Origin: a virus
Length of the DNA stretch: 64,000 nt
Strand: one strand, 5' to 3'
Virus record (IMG/VR): IMGVR_UViG_3300031965_000018
Span: 1-64,000 of that record
Part shown: piece by piece, positions 60,501 through 64,000 of the stretch
Numbering within the stretch: the first letter of the stretch is position 1
Layout of the letters: each line of letters starts with the position of its first letter
Notes under the pieces: model-generated
Databases searched by the model: none
What the model was told of the DNA's origin: nothing
Seen by the model: only the letters and a program-made list of their open reading frames with translations
Program-made: the position numbers and the translations under genes

Positions 60501-62177
60501 CCACTTCAAGAGTGCGGCCCCGACGCCCGTGATTGCAAGAATCGTCGCGCTAATCGGGAGACTCACGCCAGTGGCGGCGACTCCCAGGGTGCGAAGCGCG
60601 TTTGTCGCAATCGATGCGCCAAATCCACGCGAGAACAAAGACCCTAGCGCCGTGCCTGCACGCGAAAGAAGTCCGACCTTTGTGGCTGCGGGTGTCGCGG
60701 CCGCGGCAACCTTATTTATATTGCCGCTAAGCGGCAGGAGCATCTGCGACCCAGACGCGGCCATGAAGTTAAATGCCAATTGTTCGCCAGCCGCGAACTT
60801 CACCGCCTTAGATACTGTTCCAACAGCAGCTGCATTAGCTATAAGAGCGCCAGTATTGATCGTCGCAGCGGTAGTCGACGATGTAAAGCCCTTTATCAAT
60901 AAGCCAAGTAATGGCGTTAATGTCTTGACTCCAGAGCCGATGCCCCCTATCGCCCAAAGAACCGGACCGGCCGCCGCCAATAGACCTAACAATGCAAAAC
61001 CAGTTAACTGGATAGGTAGGGGCAACTTCCCGAATCCTTCAACAAGTCGAAGGACGCCATTGAGCATCGGCTCAACGGCCTTCACAACATCCAAGAGAAT
61101 TGGTAGTAGGATATCGCCTAGCTTCTGGCCGATAACAACGATCTTCTGCTGAAGCTGTGCCCAGGCAAATCCTGCTTTGTTAACACCCTCGGTTTGCTCG
61201 ACAAATGCTTCCGCCGCCGACCCTGAAGCCTCCGACATCGCTGCCAGTTTCGTACTGAAGACATCGGCCTGGCCGCCCGAGAGCGCAAAGATCGCTGGGA
61301 GAGACTCGACGTTCGCAAACAGCTTACCAATAGCCTCGGTGCTACCGTCGGTAGTCCCGATAACCTTCTGAATCGACCCAACGAGACCATCTTGTTCAAT
61401 AGACGCAGCAGCTGACTCGACCCCGAGGGTCTTCAGCGCCTTCTGCATGTCATCGGTAGGCTTCAGTAGCGCAGCCATCGCGCCACGCATCTGCGTCGTG
61501 ACTTCACGAGCACTGCCGGTTACGCCAGTGAGGGTAGCGAAGCTTGCGAACAACTCCTCTTGCGTAACATTGAGCGCGGCTGCGATGGGCGTGACTTTAC
61601 CAATAGCTCCGGCAAGCTCAGGGAACGTCGTCTGGCCGAGCTTCACCGTAGCAAAGGCAAGATCTGCGGCCTTCTGGACGGCCGCTGCCGTCGTATCTCC
61701 GTAGCCCTTCGTGACTGCCGATGTGAGCTCGATAGCTTCCGTTGTTGACGCCAATCCGGCGGCTGCGGCCCGAGCGTTGATATCTACGATCTTGACCGTG
61801 TCTGCCGTATCACCAAACGCAGAGATAACTTGGTACAGACCATCGGCCAAGTCGCCAGTAGACTTCCCGGTCGCAACCGCCATCTCTTGGACAGCGGTCT
61901 TCAATTCATTGACACGATCTATGTTACCCGGGATCAGTGTGGCGACATTCGCCATACTCGCGTTGAATTGCGTCGCCATGACTACGGCCGCAGTTCCGAT
62001 CCCGATCAAAGGCAGCGTAACGCCTACGGTGAGGCTCTTACCGATTGAGGACAGCTGTGGGCCAAGGGTAGCAAAGCGCTGGCCGAAACCATCGAGTTTC
62101 TGCTGAGCAAGGTCCAGCCCGCTCGACAGTCTATCATCGAGTTCAATGGTCCCAAAGAGTGTGCCGATATCTAGCAC
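57516..62177 (-). CDS. tail tape measure protein
   Basis: 1553 aa, Ala/Gly/Leu-rich and helical. It has a TP901-type core (ATGKSTGDLADGLYQVISAFGD) and a GTG start with GGGAG SD. Confidence 0.9.
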   Translation of the reverse strand: MLDIGTLFGTIELDDRLSSGLDLAQQKLDGFGQRFATLGPQLSSIGKSLTVGVTLPLIGIGTAAVVMATQFNASMANVATLIPGNIDRVNELKTAVQEMAVATGKSTGDLADGLYQVISAFGDTADTVKIVDINARAAAAGLASTTEAIELTSAVTKGYGDTTAAAVQKAADLAFATVKLGQTTFPELAGAIGKVTPIAAALNVTQEELFASFATLTGVTGSAREVTTQMRGAMAALLKPTDDMQKALKTLGVESAAASIEQDGLVGSIQKVIGTTDGSTEAIGKLFANVESLPAIFALSGGQADVFSTKLAAMSEASGSAAEAFVEQTEGVNKAGFAWAQLQQKIVVIGQKLGDILLPILLDVVKAVEPMLNGVLRLVEGFGKLPLPIQLTGFALLGLLAAAGPVLWAIGGIGSGVKTLTPLLGLLIKGFTSSTTAATINTGALIANAAAVGTVSKAVKFAAGEQLAFNFMAASGSQMLLPLSGNINKVAAAATPAATKVGLLSRAGTALGSLFSRGFGASIATNALRTLGVAATGVSLPISATILAITGVGAALLKWTAVGDLAKHALNGVKSIVILARDEMKDLAVVAKDEVTKGLTAIKDVARETGSTLKAVFVTGFKDAGKAVGDFVRTLADIPSELTFTEMGLIGINSALALMKGHVLAGVDAWRTFFLITGTINSVQLGRVQSFVGSVGLLAGAPIDSVGPATLFDQAATVKPLPIPTNLGEITDELNKQVAASIVLNENAKSAAEQMSEIVQSKFDELSGKKVAEEIKLLDTVVRQLTAIGPLTTIQLKQIGKELIDLQESGAKLTPVLNSVLAAFYRMPANATLVASSAKNLTSIFAALGPAVDITQTKIARAMSKWASLVAPAKELGKALGMIPGWTGLSTSASELNKIEMELETSVAQRTMTSIGFAKREIEQWALTTKAAYGQSGKHAEAYYASVDRMAKVKRDSLVEQLKIDLADESLNILSDSFVRLGQIAGENIGGIASAIGQMIVQLGTARSLTRQIGGSETNLNRTAEEGGPREIGGRFGSLSVLMSKDASAAQKAAAGMQAAAVIYQGAINVWEAASEAGSKSAGAFQGAMAGAQAGAAFGPWGIAIGSVVGAVTGFIRAMSAGRREVEKFAESFDTAAAGSGFDELRQKLNDLGDEGERLWINLTQRTGRGDKEGAKKAIDAITLALEKQEKAVESLKADVEQYGLAWSDIEDPMLRMQAAADGAQPIVDSFMRMRDAGFSASSITRGMATDVNAWLAATLDAGGKIPPAMGPILTTLIESKQLTEDNAAALLGLAEVGVPSLQEVEDAAGRYGIKLDELGPKVKQLQIDEIAAQIVKDFDILSRASDDLGVIFGDLGPALEDSGVEDAILSMAQRIQGLVTDALTMGLTLPSNLEPIIDKLIDAGGLTDEFGEKLVDTSRLDFKTPLVDAIDALILKIGDLIEEFKLIGLTQIKPVIIPYTYRQIGEGIPPTGTAQPREPVVGDAPEPDAAAPAPDGNGSSGSGTRTTNNTIEIIAWDGDSVDQWLDSGGATKLTRSILPEIPEELERWGAGV

Positions 62178-62390
62178 AATACTCCCGTCCTATCCGCCCG
62201 CCCGCGCCCGCCTACGGGCCGCGAGCCGTCCGGGCGACCCTTACCCGCCCGAGCGACCCGAACGGCCCGCCTACGCCCGCTAGCCGGGCCGGTTCCCGGC
62301 CCGCCGCCGGGCCGGTTCCCGGCCCGCCGCCGAACGACTCCCGCCCACCTACGGCCCGATCCTCCCGGCCCGCGCCGAACCGGGAGGATC
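62178..62390. repeat. GC-rich hairpin element, locus B (between tail chaperone and tape measure)
   Basis: 62197-62222 is the reverse complement of 41204-41229. A 23-bp tandem ccgggccggttcccggcccgccg x2 lies at 62284-62329. An 11-bp stem gatcctcccgg/ccgggaggatc lies at 62358-62390. Confidence 0.75.
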
Positions 62391-63275
62391 ATGGCTTCAG
62401 TGACCCTGTCTTCTGGCCCAGCGAAGCGTTCTGCACGAAGCACCAATCGGTGATTAGCATCTCCATCTCGGCCACCGTCTGCTTCTTCGGTTCCACCTTT
62501 GGTTTCTTTTCCTCTGGGTCGAAGTTCAGTACGAAGTCGCTGATGGGTAGAGCCTCCGGGTGCTTCTTGGTATCTCGGTTGATGTTCCATAGCGTCTGCG
62601 TGATATACGCCAGCTGATACGTATCCCGTTCCAGTGGCTCCAACTCCACAAACGCCATCCATCTAAGAAACTCCTCCCACGAGATACCGCGCAGCATCCG
62701 ATGCACATCTGCTCGACGCATATGTGCCGCCAACCGAAAGGCGAAACGATCTAGGGCGCTTCGCCTGAACCGTTTTTTGCTTCTTCTCTCGCCTCCTCAG
62801 TCTCCGCCTTCTGAACGTCGTCCATGATCGCTTCGAGCTTCCTCTCGTCCACGCCCGCCGCGTCCACGGCATCCGCCAGTTTGCGAAGTTCAGCTGAGAG
62901 CTTCTGCAACTTCACTGGGTCGGTGCCCGCTTCCTTCAACTGCGTGGAAATGTCCACGGACTTCGATCCGAATCCGTTCAGCTTGAGGATGACGTTGTCC
63001 ACACAGTGACGAAGCACTGCCGCGTTTTTCTTCTTGAACGCTTCCAACTGATTCAAGTTCCCGATGCGATTACCGTTCTCGTCCACGAGGCTCTGGATAA
63101 AAATCCGCAGACCCGCCGTGTGCTTGCCCGGACCCTGGTTGTTCTTGATGAACTCCATCATCGTCCCAGCATCCAACGAACCGAAACGAACTGTCCCACC
63201 CCACGCTTCTGCCGTAGCAAATGTTACGTCATCAGCGTCGAGTATTTCCTTGATTGAGAGAATCTTTCCGCTCAC
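62389..63275 (-). CDS. tail assembly chaperone GT fusion (via -1 frameshift at 62772-62778)
   Basis: The -1 frame is open from the slippery site into track ORF 62389..62733 (…KKRFRRSALDRFAFRLAAHMRRADVH…). That ORF otherwise has only a TTG start and no SD. Confidence 0.6.
62751..63275 (-). CDS. tail assembly chaperone G
   Basis: 174-aa ORF between the major tail and tape measure genes. GTG start with SD GGAGGTG. Confidence 0.65.
   Translation of the reverse strand: MSGKILSIKEILDADDVTFATAEAWGGTVRFGSLDAGTMMEFIKNNQGPGKHTAGLRIFIQSLVDENGNRIGNLNQLEAFKKKNAAVLRHCVDNVILKLNGFGSKSVDISTQLKEAGTDPVKLQKLSAELRKLADAVDAAGVDERKLEAIMDDVQKAETEEAREEAKNGSGEAP
62772..62778 (-). promoter_or_regulatory. -1 programmed frameshift heptamer A_AAA_AAC
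   Basis: Minus-strand GCA AAA AAC lies in the G frame 21 nt before the G stop, a canonical X_XXY_YYZ site. Confidence 0.6.
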
Positions 63276-63306
63276 TATCCACCTCCAATAAGTGGTTGGT
63301 TAAATG

Positions 63307-63336
63307 CCCCGGAGTTCGTGTCGCGGGCCTCCGGGG
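63307..63336 (-). terminator. hairpin after major tail gene (attenuator/terminator-like)
   Basis: ccccggag-N14-ctccgggg. On the mRNA strand it is followed by CAUUUAAC, a weak U-tract. Confidence 0.35.
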
Positions 63337-63390
63337 CGATTCGCCCGCTTGGAAATCGGTGACTCGTGGACGGCCACCGACCTGACGTCA

Positions 63391-63810
63391 CTAGCTGGCC
63401 GCTTCCACGACCGCGCCCGCCCACGTAAGAACCACATCAGCGCTCTGCAGCCCGTCCACGGTCGCTTCCGCATACGCAAACTGCTGCACGTAGGCCGGAC
63501 CCGTTCGCGACACACCCGAGGGAAACAGAATCTGCCACTGATTCTTCTCGTTCGCCGCGAGATCCGCGAGCACGGCCACGTGCGTCGCATCCGAGCCAAC
63601 GTAGTTAATGCGAAACGCTGGGTCACTCTTACGAAGAATCCCGAGCACATGGCTCTCAGTTCCCTCGTTGTGTGACGATGTTTCGATCTTGTTCCGGCTC
63701 ATACCACCTGGTGTGACGTTCGTGATCTCACCGACGGTGGTAAACACGGTTGGACTCGCCAACAGCGCGCGCTTGACCAGGATTCCTGTTGCGGTAACTG
63801 CTTCACTCAT
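63391..63810 (-). CDS. major tail protein
   Basis: 139-aa ORF directly upstream of the G/GT chaperones. SD GGGAG precedes the ATG. Confidence 0.65.
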   Translation of the reverse strand: MSEAVTATGILVKRALLASPTVFTTVGEITNVTPGGMSRNKIETSSHNEGTESHVLGILRKSDPAFRINYVGSDATHVAVLADLAANEKNQWQILFPSGVSRTGPAYVQQFAYAEATVDGLQSADVVLTWAGAVVEAAS

Positions 63811-63821
63811 GCTCTTACTCC

Positions 63822-63992
63822 CTATGAGGGCTTCTTCATAGCCCTGATGTTGAACGCCACTCGTTCACGCCCGTTTGCGTCCAGCCCAACTGGATACGGT
63901 TCTTGATCCGGCTCGATATACACATACCGCACACCGTTGATGTCGGTGTCTCGAAGTACAACGGCAGAGTATGACGCTTGTGCCAAGTCCAT
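63822..63992 (-). CDS. possible 56-aa tail-module protein (may extend beyond window)
   Basis: MDLAQASYSAVVLRDTDINGVRYVYIEPDQEPYPVGLDANGRERVAFNIRAMKKPS. The frame is still open upstream at the window edge. Confidence 0.35.
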   Translation of the reverse strand: MDLAQASYSAVVLRDTDINGVRYVYIEPDQEPYPVGLDANGRERVAFNIRAMKKPS

Positions 63993-64000
63993 AGCTCGGT

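Noticed and set aside
60163-61152. Long + strand ORFs (329, 167 and 131 aa) inside the tape measure gene
   Set aside because: These are antisense to a 1553-aa ORF with a recognisable tape measure core. The Ala/Ser/Pro-rich translations are typical of GC-rich antisense frames.
62733-62733. Independent TTG start for the 114-aa tail chaperone T ORF
   Set aside because: There is no SD upstream. The frame is continuous with the -1 frame of G from a canonical A_AAA_AAC heptamer, so expression as a GT fusion is the better model.

Overview
The window is almost entirely a tailed-phage genome segment of siphovirus type (tape measure, major tail protein, G/GT chaperones). I saw no rRNA, tRNA, CRISPR array, integrase or repressor. 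Layout: (i) 1-10458, minus strand: packaging and head module (TerS, TerL, portal, MuF, DUF2213-like scaffold/protease, capsid, connectors), then a glycosyltransferase and a truncated methyltransferase. (ii) 10526-10924: a CCTTACCTA iteron field. (iii) 10901-12997, minus strand: primase-polymerase/VirE-like gene. (iv) 13455-41105, plus strand: early/replication arm with PolA, VRR-NUC, HD hydrolase, DnaQ-like exonuclease, SNF2 helicase, HNH and DNA ligase. (v) 41408-63992, minus strand: tail, tailspike and lysis module. Two things stand out. First, 36934-39419 holds seven type II hammerhead ribozyme motifs, each filling one intercistronic gap of a small-ORF operon, with the conserved CUGAUGAGG core doubling as the Shine-Dalgarno of the next cistron. 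Second, 20766-28293 is a translationally coupled operon that looks like a DNA base hypermodification pathway: a ThyA-family enzyme, an aGPT-Pplase-like protein, a ParB/Srx-like protein and a DPPY methylase, plus sugar-tailoring genes (two glycosyltransferases, a PIG-L deacetylase and a sulfotransferase-like protein). Other notable items are a PI3/4-kinase-like domain inside the head-morphogenesis module, a dispersed GC-rich hairpin element at three loci (one translated in frame), a bulb-lectin/GH5-like tail enzyme, and a canonical -1 frameshift site in the tail chaperone. All domain calls come from motifs read by eye and need profile searches.
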